Shown: piece by piece, positions 29,073 through 37,965 of the stretch
Layout: each line of letters begins with the position of its first letter
Numbering within the stretch: position 1 is the first letter of the stretch
From: an uncultured Bacilli bacterium
GTDB lineage: Bacteria > Bacillota_I > Bacilli_A > RF39 > UBA660
Direction of reading: 5' to 3'
Length of the DNA stretch: 64,000 bases
Assembly: GCA_910585915.1 (NCBI GenBank)
Contig: CAJUGF010000001.1
Span: 4,622-68,621, forward strand
The notes under the pieces: model-generated
Databases searched by the model: none
The model's input: only the letters and a program-made list of their open reading frames with translations
Told to the model about the DNA's origin: nothing
Position numbers and translations under genes: made by a program

Positions 29073-32000
29073 ATGAAATTAACAAAGGAACAACAAAAAT
29101 TGTGGAATGTATATCATTATGCTTTTCCCTCTATAGATCAATTTTTAGATTTTTATAATCATGCTTTTAATGATTCGAAGCAAAATGTGAAGATAAGTTT
29201 TCAACAGTTGATGCAGCAGTATTTAAAAAAACATATGAATGTTGATTTAATGATGAATTATCTTAATCAGTTGAATATCAATTATAATTCTTCTAGTCAA
29301 GAAATTCGTATTAAATTACGTCCTTTTTATCAATTATTAGATCAATTGGATTATTGTTTAGCAATGGATGATGCAGCAGTATTAATTGAGTATCCTTTGT
29401 TTCAAACTTTATTTTCTAAACTTTTTGGTCAAAATAAAATAATAGCTGAGGATCAATTTCAAAAATTGGCGAATGATAGTATTTATTTTGAAATTTTATG
29501 TCGTGTTTATTTAGATTGTCATGATATTGAAGTAGATGAATCTTTAAATAATAAAGATGATAGAACTTTATCTAAGACAAAGATTTTGACTCATGAGGAG
29601 GAAATTGAATTAGCGAAAAGAATTGAAGCTGGTGATATAAAGGCTCAAGAAACTTTTATTTTAGCAAATCAACAATTAGTTAAGTATGTTGCAAAGAGTT
29701 ATATTGGAAATGGTCTTGAATTTGATGATTTGTTTCAAGAAGGAATCATAGGACTTATGACAGCTATTCAAAAGTTTGATTATCAAAAAGGTTATAAATT
29801 TTCTACTTATGCTGTTTGGTGGATTCGTCACGCAATATATCATGCTATAAGAAAGGCTAGAGCGATTCCAGTACCAACTTATCGCGAACAAGAATATAAT
29901 CATATTATGAAGGTGCATGCTCAACTGGTGAATGAGCTTCAACGGAAACCATCTTTAGATGAATGGGCAAATCATTTAGGAATGGAGAAAGAAAGCTTGC
30001 AAGAAATAGTCAACTCTATTCCTAATGTAGTATCATTCGAAAGCAAAGTATCGAGTGAAGATGATAAAGAACTTGGGGATTTTTATGAAGATTCAAAGGC
30101 ACGTTTTGAGGAAGATGTCGTTCAAAGACAATATGTTTCGGAAATATTAAAATTGAGTAAAGAAATATTAAGTGAAAAAGAATATCAAGTTTTATTACTT
30201 CGATTTGGATTAGCTGATGGAACCAGTTATACTTTAGAAGAAGTTGGAAGAAAATTTAATGTAACAAGAGAAAGAATTCGTCAAATTGAAGCTAAGGCAT
30301 TAATAAAATTGAAGCATAGTTTGAAATATGAAAAGAATAAAACATTACATTTAGCTGAGAATGAACCTAACTTAGAAGAAGTTGGAAAAAAATTTAATGT
30401 AACGAGAGAGAGAACTCGTCAAATTGAGAACGCTATGAATGAACCTAGCTTAGAAGAAGTTGGAAATAAATTTAATGTAACAAGTGAGAGAACTTGTCAA
30501 ATTGAGAACACTATGAATGAACCTAACTTAGAAGAAGCTGAGAAAAAAATTAATGTAACAAGAGAGAGAACTTGTCAAATTGAGAACGTTATGAATGAAC
30601 CTAACTTAGAAGAAGCTGGGAAAAAAATTAATGTAACAAGAGAGAGAACTTGTCAAATTGAGAACACTATGAATGAACCTAGTTTAGAAGCGAAAAAAAA
30701 ATATACAAAGTTTGATATTCATCTTCTTCATTCTTCCCTTTCTATATCTTTACTTGTGGATTTTATTAAACTTTTTCCAAAACATGATCAAAAACTGTAT
30801 TGCTGTTTGAGAGGAATTCAGTTGTCTCAAAAAGATATCGTTCCAATAGAAGATGATTCATTTAATGATAAACAAAAGAAATATATCACTATTATTGAAA
30901 ACGATCTGAAGGCTATGGCATGTGAATATTTTTATTATATTAAAAAACGAAAATGTGATAAGGAAGTTGCTTTAAAGCATCTTGCAAAAGTTATGGTAAT
31001 AAAATTTCTTCGTTTTCGATATCCTAATTCTACACTATCTATGATTATGGATGCAGTGAAAAAACTTCCGTTAGAACAACGTCAGGCTATATATCGAGTG
31101 CATGGTGAAGATTTGTGTTCTTATTTGTTAGGTGTAGGTGTCAGACAAAAAAAATCAAGTTTGTTAAATCTTGCCTATAAAGATATTGCTGCTATTTTAA
31201 ATGAACATGAAGTGGTTCATATCAAGACAAGAAGTAATACTTTGTTTTTACTTATGGAGAAATATCCAGAGATTTCTTTAGAACAATGGATTTTAAATAT
31301 ACAATCTTTGCCAAAAAAACAAAGAGAAATTATGCAGTATGTTCATGGAGAGAGCCTCGATCAGAATCGATCTTTTTCAAGTCAAGACAAAGTGAGGCAA
31401 TATGCTAACTATCAAAATGGACTTCGAAGTTTAGAACAATTGGCAAATGGAACTAGAAGAGTTATTACACTAAAGGAACAAAAGAAAAATATGCTGTTTT
31501 TACTTATGGAGAAATATCCAGAGATTTCTTTAGAACAATGGATTTTAAATATACAATCTTTGCCAAAAAAACAAAGAGAAATTATGCAGTATGTTCATGG
31601 AGAGAGCCTCGATCAGAATCGATCTTTTTCAAGTCAAGACAAAGTGAGGCAATATGCTAACTATCAAAATGGACTTCGAAGTTTAGAACAATTGGCAAAT
31701 GGAACTAGAAAAGTTATTACACCAAAAGAAAAATTGTTCAAAATATTGAAAGTTGATAATGTTCAGATTTTAAATGAAGCATTAGAGCAACTTGAACTTT
31801 TTGAAAGGGATGTATTTTATTCTGTACATGGACAAACATTTGAAGAGTATCATGAGATTTCTAATTTTCAAGAGTATGAAAGAGTGTTTGAAAAACTAAG
31901 TGGAATAATGTTAGAAATACAAAAAGGGAAAAAGGATACCTTACTATCTTTACTTATGAAGAAGTATCCTGATATTACGAAAAAGCACTGGCATGTTTTT

Positions 32001-33080
32001 ATTAATGCTTTATCACCCAAGCAAAAGGAAGTTATTTATGAGGTAAATGGTGTAGATCTTGATGAAAGTAATTGGATTTCTAGGAATTTACCTTCCAAAA
32101 TTTATGAACGTTATTATTATGCAATTCAAAATTTGGAAGCACTAGCACAAAAAGCCTTTAATAAAACGGAGGAAAGAGATAAAAACATTATTGATGTTTA
32201 TGGAACTGAAAGAGTACGTTTTATTTTTCAATTTTTGAATAAAGAAGAATTATCTGTCTTTTTGTATCGTCATGGTGCTGATTTGAATGAATGCAATGAA
32301 TTTCCAGAACATTTAAATCATTTAAGAAATATGTATATTTGTACTATTGAAAAAATGAAAAATTTGTTAGAAATTTATACTGATTTATTGCAAGAATTTT
32401 TAGATTGTGTAGGACTTGCTTCTTTTGAAGAGGCACAGCATTTTATTTCGCTTTTAAGCATTGAAGAACAAGCAATTATTTATCAGCGGAGAGGAGAAAA
32501 ATTAAATACATTAAATTCTTTTATCTATGGTAAATCATTTGCTTATTATAAACGGCAGTATGATGATGCAGTGCAACATTTAAAAAAATTAAAGAAAGAA
32601 GATAATCAAAGAAAAGAATATAATCAAAGAAAAGAAGAAATTATTAATAGAGAAATTTTAGAATCTCAAAAGAAAATATTACTTGATGCAAAATTAAGTC
32701 AATATCAACAAAGTCTTTATTGTGAGTTTTTCCAATTATATGGAACTTTGATAAATGAATATGATTTAATGCGTGTTATTAATAAATCTCTTCTTTCTTA
32801 TACTTCTAGTGAGGGACTTTCTGTTGAAGTGTCAAGTCATTTTAAAGTTGAGACAGCGGTTTTAGAAATGTTAGTTTGTCAATATCAAATGGTGCAGAGT
32901 CAAGAATTGTTTGAGGCAATTAATAGTATTTTAAGTGTAAACTTAGCAGAAAAGTATTCATTTGTTAAAAAGAATATTATGTCTCCAGTGATTTATGCAG
33001 TGTTTCAAAAATATGTTGATCAACAGTTAATTTTTGAGGGGCTTGAAAAACCAGTTATTAAAGCTTATCAGATGAATTAA
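29073..33080 (+). CDS. Giant sigma-70-family protein: N-terminal unknown domain + complete sigma regions 2-4 + tandem region-4 repeats + ~900-aa C-terminal extension
   Basis: Residues about 175-420 carry canonical sigma regions 2.1-2.4 (DLFQEGIIGLMTAIQKFDYQKGYKFSTYAVWWIRHAI), region 3 and region 4 (LLLRFGLADGTSYTLEEVGRKFNVTRERIRQIEAKALIKLK). After that come ~4.3 in-frame 26-aa repeats (about four copies) re-copying the 4.2 helix, then multiple LPxxQRxxxxxxHGEDL-type modules. Confidence 0.8.
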   Translation: MKLTKEQQKLWNVYHYAFPSIDQFLDFYNHAFNDSKQNVKISFQQLMQQYLKKHMNVDLMMNYLNQLNINYNSSSQEIRIKLRPFYQLLDQLDYCLAMDDAAVLIEYPLFQTLFSKLFGQNKIIAEDQFQKLANDSIYFEILCRVYLDCHDIEVDESLNNKDDRTLSKTKILTHEEEIELAKRIEAGDIKAQETFILANQQLVKYVAKSYIGNGLEFDDLFQEGIIGLMTAIQKFDYQKGYKFSTYAVWWIRHAIYHAIRKARAIPVPTYREQEYNHIMKVHAQLVNELQRKPSLDEWANHLGMEKESLQEIVNSIPNVVSFESKVSSEDDKELGDFYEDSKARFEEDVVQRQYVSEILKLSKEILSEKEYQVLLLRFGLADGTSYTLEEVGRKFNVTRERIRQIEAKALIKLKHSLKYEKNKTLHLAENEPNLEEVGKKFNVTRERTRQIENAMNEPSLEEVGNKFNVTSERTCQIENTMNEPNLEEAEKKINVTRERTCQIENVMNEPNLEEAGKKINVTRERTCQIENTMNEPSLEAKKKYTKFDIHLLHSSLSISLLVDFIKLFPKHDQKLYCCLRGIQLSQKDIVPIEDDSFNDKQKKYITIIENDLKAMACEYFYYIKKRKCDKEVALKHLAKVMVIKFLRFRYPNSTLSMIMDAVKKLPLEQRQAIYRVHGEDLCSYLLGVGVRQKKSSLLNLAYKDIAAILNEHEVVHIKTRSNTLFLLMEKYPEISLEQWILNIQSLPKKQREIMQYVHGESLDQNRSFSSQDKVRQYANYQNGLRSLEQLANGTRRVITLKEQKKNMLFLLMEKYPEISLEQWILNIQSLPKKQREIMQYVHGESLDQNRSFSSQDKVRQYANYQNGLRSLEQLANGTRKVITPKEKLFKILKVDNVQILNEALEQLELFERDVFYSVHGQTFEEYHEISNFQEYERVFEKLSGIMLEIQKGKKDTLLSLLMKKYPDITKKHWHVFINALSPKQKEVIYEVNGVDLDESNWISRNLPSKIYERYYYAIQNLEALAQKAFNKTEERDKNIIDVYGTERVRFIFQFLNKEELSVFLYRHGADLNECNEFPEHLNHLRNMYICTIEKMKNLLEIYTDLLQEFLDCVGLASFEEAQHFISLLSIEEQAIIYQRRGEKLNTLNSFIYGKSFAYYKRQYDDAVQHLKKLKKEDNQRKEYNQRKEEIINREILESQKKILLDAKLSQYQQSLYCEFFQLYGTLINEYDLMRVINKSLLSYTSSEGLSVEVSSHFKVETAVLEMLVCQYQMVQSQELFEAINSILSVNLAEKYSFVKKNIMSPVIYAVFQKYVDQQLIFEGLEKPVIKAYQMN
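30358..30695 (+). repeat. In-frame tandem repeat, 78-bp unit x ~4.3, inside the giant sigma gene
   Basis: ATGAATGAACCTA(A/G)(C/T)TTAGAAGAAG ... recurs at 30435, 30513, 30591 and 30669, with a partial first copy at about 30358. It encodes NEP(N/S)LEE(V/A)GKK(F/I)NVTRERT(R/C)QIEN.M, a fragment of the region-4.2 HTH. Confidence 0.9.
31240..31745 (+). repeat. Near-perfect 252-bp tandem duplication (2 copies) inside the giant sigma gene
   Basis: A block of about 200 identical bases (AAATATCCAGAGATTTCTTTAGAACAATGG ... GGCAAATGGAACTAGAA) occurs at about 31257 and again at about 31509. It encodes LLMEKYPEISLEQWILNIQSLPKKQREIMQYVHGESLDQNRSF ... twice. Confidence 0.9.
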
Positions 33081-33201
33081 GTTATTTTTTGATCTTGTTT
33101 GTGATATAATTTTATTAGATTTATTCATACCTTTTACTTTTAATTTATTAATAGTCATTCGTGTACGGTTTAAATCAATATGTTTTGAAGGAGGTACTTG
33201 A

Positions 33202-33390
33202 GTGGCTGATAAGAATATAACTTGTAAGATGTGTGGACAAGAATTTACTTTTACTGTTGGAGAACAAGAATGGTATTCAGAGCGTAATTTGAATGAACCA
33301 AAGTATTGTAAGACTTGTCGTGCAGAAAGAAGAAAACAAAAAGAAAAACAAAATAATATTCATAATGATTCGGTAAAGAAAGCTGCATAG
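33202..33390 (+). CDS. Small zinc-ribbon protein (zf-trcl-like, CxxC ... CxxC)
   Basis: RBS GAAGGAGG then GTG. CKMCGQEFTFTVGEQEWY ... CKTCR matches the probable zinc-ribbon small-protein family. Confidence 0.6.
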   Translation: MADKNITCKMCGQEFTFTVGEQEWYSERNLNEPKYCKTCRAERRKQKEKQNNIHNDSVKKAA

Positions 33391-33455
33391 CTTTTTTTCT
33401 TTTTGATAAACAAATGAATATAATTATAGTATAATGTATAAAAGGAGTCGTTAAT

Positions 33456-34532
33456 ATGAAAATCATAGTATCGGCAGGTGGTAGTTTTGGACATATTAAT
33501 CCTGCTTTAGCGATTATAAAAAAATTTCAAGAAAAGGAAAAAGATTTGGAAGTTTTATATATTGGTACCCATAATCGAATGGAAAAGGAGATTGTTCCAA
33601 AGGAGGGTATTCCTTATGAAGAAATTGAGATTTATGGTTTTACTAAGAATATGAAGCGCAACTTTAAAAATATCGGTTGTATTTATCATGCTACTAAAAA
33701 AGTTGAAAAGATTATAGATAAGTTTCAGCCAGATGTTGTAATTGGAGTAGGCGGCTATGTTACTTATCCAGTTTTGAAAGCTGCTCATAAAAAACATGTT
33801 AAGACTTTTATTCATGAGCAAAATAGTATTCCAGGAAAGAGTAATAAGATGATTGCTCGTTATGCCGATTTGATTGGTGTTACTTTTCAGACTTCGAAGT
33901 CGTATTTTAAAACAAAAGGCAAAATTGTTTATACTGGACACCCTTGTGGAGCGCAGGCTTTGTTAGAACCTAAACTTAATAAAAGTGATTTTGGTCTTTC
34001 AAAAACAAAGAAACTTGTTATTGTTATGGCAGGAAGTCTTGGAAGTTCTTCTTTGAATCGAAAGATGAAAGAAATGTTATACCAAGTAGGTCGTGAAAAT
34101 TTTGAAGTTTTATATGTGACAGGAAAAGCAAATTATGAGGAGTTTATGGAGGGGAAAAAGTTTCCCGATAATGTTTTTGTAAGACCCTATATTGATCATT
34201 TAGTTGGACTATTGAAATCTGCTGATGTTGTTATTTCAAGAGCTGGAGCTGCGTCTTTGTATGAACTTATTGCACTTCACATTCCAAGTATTATTGTTCC
34301 AAGTCCGAATGTAGCAAATAATCATCAGTATTATAATGCGAAAGAGATGAGTGAAAAGGGAGCTTTTGTGATGATTGAAGAAAAAAATTTGAATGCGGCT
34401 TTGATACTTCAAAAAATAAAAGAAATGTTAGATGATAGTGCGAAACGCATAGAATTAATTCAAAATATGAAGAAGTTGTCTATATTGGATAGTTCAGAAA
34501 TCATCTATCGTGAAATAAAGGAAATGATCTGA
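33456..34532 (+). CDS. murG: UDP-N-acetylglucosamine--N-acetylmuramyl-(pentapeptide) pyrophosphoryl-undecaprenol N-acetylglucosamine transferase
   Basis: MKIIVSAGGSFGHINPALAI (GT28 N-domain G-loop) and the C-terminal GT28 domain. Confidence 0.92.
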   Translation: MKIIVSAGGSFGHINPALAIIKKFQEKEKDLEVLYIGTHNRMEKEIVPKEGIPYEEIEIYGFTKNMKRNFKNIGCIYHATKKVEKIIDKFQPDVVIGVGGYVTYPVLKAAHKKHVKTFIHEQNSIPGKSNKMIARYADLIGVTFQTSKSYFKTKGKIVYTGHPCGAQALLEPKLNKSDFGLSKTKKLVIVMAGSLGSSSLNRKMKEMLYQVGRENFEVLYVTGKANYEEFMEGKKFPDNVFVRPYIDHLVGLLKSADVVISRAGAASLYELIALHIPSIIVPSPNVANNHQYYNAKEMSEKGAFVMIEEKNLNAALILQKIKEMLDDSAKRIELIQNMKKLSILDSSEIIYREIKEMI

Positions 34533-35425
34533 TGAAAGAAACGCTTATGAATTTTGGAGAAGTATTAGAGAATGTTTCTCTAAAAAATTATAATACATTT
34601 CGAATTGGTGGAATGGCTTCTTTTATAATTTTTCCTAAAACGGTTTGTGATGTTCAAAATCTTATTTATTTTTTGAAAGAGAAAAACATTAAATATTTCG
34701 TTTTAGGAAATGGTTCTAATGTTATTTTTTCTGATCAACTATTTGATGGTGTGATTGTGAATTTAAAAAAAATGGATGCTATTATTTATCAGGGAACACA
34801 AGTTATTTGTGAATCGGGAGTTATGATGCCAAGGCTTGCGATGGATGTTATATCTCATGGGCTTAAGGGGTTTGAATGGGCAGCAGGTATTCCAGGCACT
34901 GTTGGAGGATGCGTTTATGGAAATGCCGAAGCCTACAAAGAATCAACGTTTGACTTTTTATTGGAAGTTCAAGTTTTAACTCCTGAAGGCGATTTAAAAA
35001 TTTTAAAAAAAGCAGATCTTTCTTATGGCTATCGTACTAGTTTTTTTAAAGAAAATCCAGGATATGTTTTATTAAGTGCTACTTTTTCTTTGGAATATGG
35101 TGACAAGGAAGAAAGTATGGAAAAAATATTATGCCGTAAGGAAAAGCGTATGGAGACTCAACCTTTGGACTATCCAAGTGCAGGAAGTGTTTTTCGAAAT
35201 CCATCTTCTGATAATCCAAGTGGAAAGATTATTGAGAGTATTGGGATGAAAGGATATATAATTGGTGGGGCAGAAGTGAGTAAAAAACATGCTAATTTTA
35301 TAGTTAATACAGGAAATGCTACTAGTAATGATGTTAGAAATTTGGTAGAATTAGTTCATCAGAGGGTTCAGAAAGAAACAAATATTGATTTAGTAATGGA
35401 ACAAGAATTCGTTGGGTGGGACTAA
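34532..35425 (+). CDS. murB: UDP-N-acetylenolpyruvoylglucosamine reductase
   Basis: FAD-binding NYNTFRIGG ... LGNGSNV and the C-terminal MurB domain; start overlaps the murG stop. Confidence 0.9.
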   Translation: MKETLMNFGEVLENVSLKNYNTFRIGGMASFIIFPKTVCDVQNLIYFLKEKNIKYFVLGNGSNVIFSDQLFDGVIVNLKKMDAIIYQGTQVICESGVMMPRLAMDVISHGLKGFEWAAGIPGTVGGCVYGNAEAYKESTFDFLLEVQVLTPEGDLKILKKADLSYGYRTSFFKENPGYVLLSATFSLEYGDKEESMEKILCRKEKRMETQPLDYPSAGSVFRNPSSDNPSGKIIESIGMKGYIIGGAEVSKKHANFIVNTGNATSNDVRNLVELVHQRVQKETNIDLVMEQEFVGWD

Positions 35426-35426
35426 G

Positions 35427-36134
35427 ATGAAAGAGAAAAAGACTAAAACAAAGCGTAAATTAAGACTTCATAATTTTTTTCGGATTTGTTTTGTTTTAGC
35501 TCTTTTTTTTGTTTTGGGTTGTTATTTTTATTTTCTTCCTATTAAAAATATTGTTATTACTGGAACAAATTACATTACTGACAATGAAATTATTGATGTA
35601 GCTGGGATCAAGAATTATCCTCCTTTATTTCAAACTAGTAGTCGTAAACTTATTCAGGATATTGAAACTTTGGATTTCGTATCATCTGTAAAAATTCATA
35701 AAAGTGTTTTTGGGCGATTGACTATTGAAGTTTTTGAGGAGAAGCCTTTATTTTATAGTAGAAATTCAGAAAAGCTGATTTTTGCTAGTGGTAAAGAGAT
35801 TATTTCACAGGAATTAAAGGGAGTAGCAGTACTTGTTAACTATGTTCCAAATGAAATTTATGAGAGATTACTTAAAGAGATGGATGCAACGAATTCAGAT
35901 GTTTTAAAAATGATTAGTGAGATTGAGTATCAGCCGTGGATGAGCGATGATGTAGTGATAGATGATACACGCTTTTTCCTTCGAATGAATGATGGAAATG
36001 TTGTCTATGTTAATCTTATTAATTTTGAAAAGTTAAATAATTATATGACCATTTATTCGACTCTAGGAGAAAATAGTGGTATATTACAATTGGATTCATC
36101 ATTAGGAAATGGCATTACATTTGCACCATTTTAA
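35427..36134 (+). CDS. divIB: Cell division protein DivIB/FtsQ
   Basis: Basic N-terminus, single TM, POTRA-like segment; position after murB. Confidence 0.75.
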   Translation: MKEKKTKTKRKLRLHNFFRICFVLALFFVLGCYFYFLPIKNIVITGTNYITDNEIIDVAGIKNYPPLFQTSSRKLIQDIETLDFVSSVKIHKSVFGRLTIEVFEEKPLFYSRNSEKLIFASGKEIISQELKGVAVLVNYVPNEIYERLLKEMDATNSDVLKMISEIEYQPWMSDDVVIDDTRFFLRMNDGNVVYVNLINFEKLNNYMTIYSTLGENSGILQLDSSLGNGITFAPF

Positions 36135-36143
36135 GGGGGATTT

Positions 36144-36752
36144 ATGAAAGAGAATTATCATAAAAAAATGCTAGAAATTATTTCAGAAAATCAAAAGAAG
36201 CAAATTATACCAACATTACTTTTACATACGTGTTGTGCACCATGTTCTACAACGGTTATTGCAAGATTGTCTTCTCATTTTAATATTACGGTATTTTATT
36301 ATAATCCTAATATTGAACCTTATGAGGAATATTTAAAGAGAAAGAGTGAACAGATTCGCTTTTTAGAGGAATTTGAATCTGTAAATCCAATCAATTTTTT
36401 AGATTGCGATTGGGATAATGATTCTTTTTTAGAAATGGCTGTTGGCTTAGAAGATGAGCCCGAAGGCGGAAAACGATGTCATAAATGTTATTATCATCGT
36501 CTTTTGAAAACAGCAGAGATTGCTAAAGAACAAAATTTTGATTATTTTACTACTTCTTTAACAATCAGTCCCTATAAAAATAGTCAAGTTATTAATAAGA
36601 TAGGGGAGCAGTTACAAAAACAGTATGGTGCCAGTTATTTATTTTCTGACTTTAAAAAAGAGAATGGTTATTTGGAAAGTATCATGAATAGTAAAAAATA
36701 TGAATTGTATCGTCAAGATTATTGTGGATGTCATTACTCTCAGAATAATTAA
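36144..36752 (+). CDS. queH: Epoxyqueuosine reductase QueH (DUF208)
   Basis: LLLHTCCAPCS ... CHKCYYHRL ... YCGCHYS cysteine pattern and the length of the QueH family. Confidence 0.8.
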   Translation: MKENYHKKMLEIISENQKKQIIPTLLLHTCCAPCSTTVIARLSSHFNITVFYYNPNIEPYEEYLKRKSEQIRFLEEFESVNPINFLDCDWDNDSFLEMAVGLEDEPEGGKRCHKCYYHRLLKTAEIAKEQNFDYFTTSLTISPYKNSQVINKIGEQLQKQYGASYLFSDFKKENGYLESIMNSKKYELYRQDYCGCHYSQNN

Positions 36753-36878
36753 TTTTTTTGAATTTTACTATTATTTTATCGATGTTAGAATCAACATTTA
36801 TTCTAAGAAAATAGATGGTCTTAACTGTGCAAAGTTATAGTGCTGTTTTATATCCTCATGAGCGAGAATTCTTCATCA

Positions 36879-37586
36879 TTATTGTTTTCTTTTTCGGATC
36901 ATAATAGGGAATTTTTCTATGTGATTTGGATAGGATTCAATTTTGATTTCTTTACCATATTCTTCATGATAATATATACAGACATCTTCGCACCAATAGT
37001 CACCAATCCATTTAGGAATTCTGGAGTTAGAGTGATTGCATCCACAAAATGCTATTAATAAATTTTTATTTTCTTGAATTGCTTTATCAATTATTGTTGT
37101 TGTAGCTTTGCATGGGTGATGAGCGAAGAGAGTATCAATGTTCTCGATATTAGTATTTAATGTGAAGTTTTCTCTTATAAGATTAATATCTGGAAGAATA
37201 CTTGGAATGGTTTTGGGATCATAGATAGTTAAATTCTTTTTATTTTCTCTTAAAACTGGGAGAATTAGGGAAGATATTTGTGGGTATTTTCCTGCACCTA
37301 TTTCACAGCAGTTTCCGTTAAGGAATCCTAATTCTTTTAATCTATTAGCAAGATATTTGTATTGATCATATTTAGGATGTAAGATGTTAAATTTAGAAAG
37401 AATTTGTCTACAAGAGTCTGGAGTGTAACCATTTATTCCTATAAATTCTGGATTTTTTAAGATAAATAATATATCTTTTGTTAATTCTGGATCATAGAAT
37501 TCTTGATATTCTTTTAAGTAGTTTAAAATATTTTCTTTTTGCTCTAAAAGTAATTGGATATTAATTTTTTCTTTGATTGTGTTCAT
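36879..37586 (-). CDS. Hypothetical protein, possible class I SAM-dependent methyltransferase-like with Cys-rich C-terminus
   Basis: CCEIGAGKYPQIS resembles methyltransferase motif I. Acidic residue after a beta-strand (LTIYDP). C-terminal CGCNHSNS ... CEDVC may bind metal. Tentative. Confidence 0.35.
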   Translation of the reverse strand: MNTIKEKINIQLLLEQKENILNYLKEYQEFYDPELTKDILFILKNPEFIGINGYTPDSCRQILSKFNILHPKYDQYKYLANRLKELGFLNGNCCEIGAGKYPQISSLILPVLRENKKNLTIYDPKTIPSILPDINLIRENFTLNTNIENIDTLFAHHPCKATTTIIDKAIQENKNLLIAFCGCNHSNSRIPKWIGDYWCEDVCIYYHEEYGKEIKIESYPNHIEKFPIMIRKRKQ

Positions 37587-37725
37587 AATAAAGTTCTGTC
37601 TCCTTTTTTAACTTTTTTTATTCTAATCTTATTATTTTAAAAGTCAATATAAATTTTTTTGTTATCTTTTGTCAAAAGCATTTTTTGTTTTTTTGAAAAA
37701 TGCTACAGTATTTGTGGTGATTTTT

Positions 37726-37953
37726 ATGCGATTTTATTATAAGAATGAAACTTTGTATGTGGATGTGGAGATGAAGCTTGATGAGGAGAATAGAAAACGT
37801 TTTAAACGAAGAATTTTTCGGATTATTGATGATTATGATATTGACCATGTTGTAGTGAGAAATTATCAGATTAGTTTAGAGCAAAAAAAAATTCTCCAAG
37901 AAATTAAAGATGAATATCATCAAAAATTTGATGGAGAATTAGTAATTACTTAA
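37726..37953 (+). CDS. Small hypothetical protein
   Basis: Short ORF (ORF track 37669..37953); charged; no recognisable domain. Confidence 0.3.
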   Translation: MRFYYKNETLYVDVEMKLDEENRKRFKRRIFRIIDDYDIDHVVVRNYQISLEQKKILQEIKDEYHQKFDGELVIT

Positions 37954-37965
37954 TTGTTTTTTTTA

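Noticed and set aside
30358-30695. Regularly spaced 78-bp repeats could superficially resemble a CRISPR array
   Set aside because: The repeats are contiguous with no spacers and lie in-frame within a long ORF, encoding a repeated peptide. No cas genes are present and there is no repeat-spacer alternation.
36840-37058. 72-aa + strand ORF overlapping the 3-prime end of the minus-strand 235-aa gene
   Set aside because: Overlaps a longer ORF on the opposite strand; no RBS; likely spurious.
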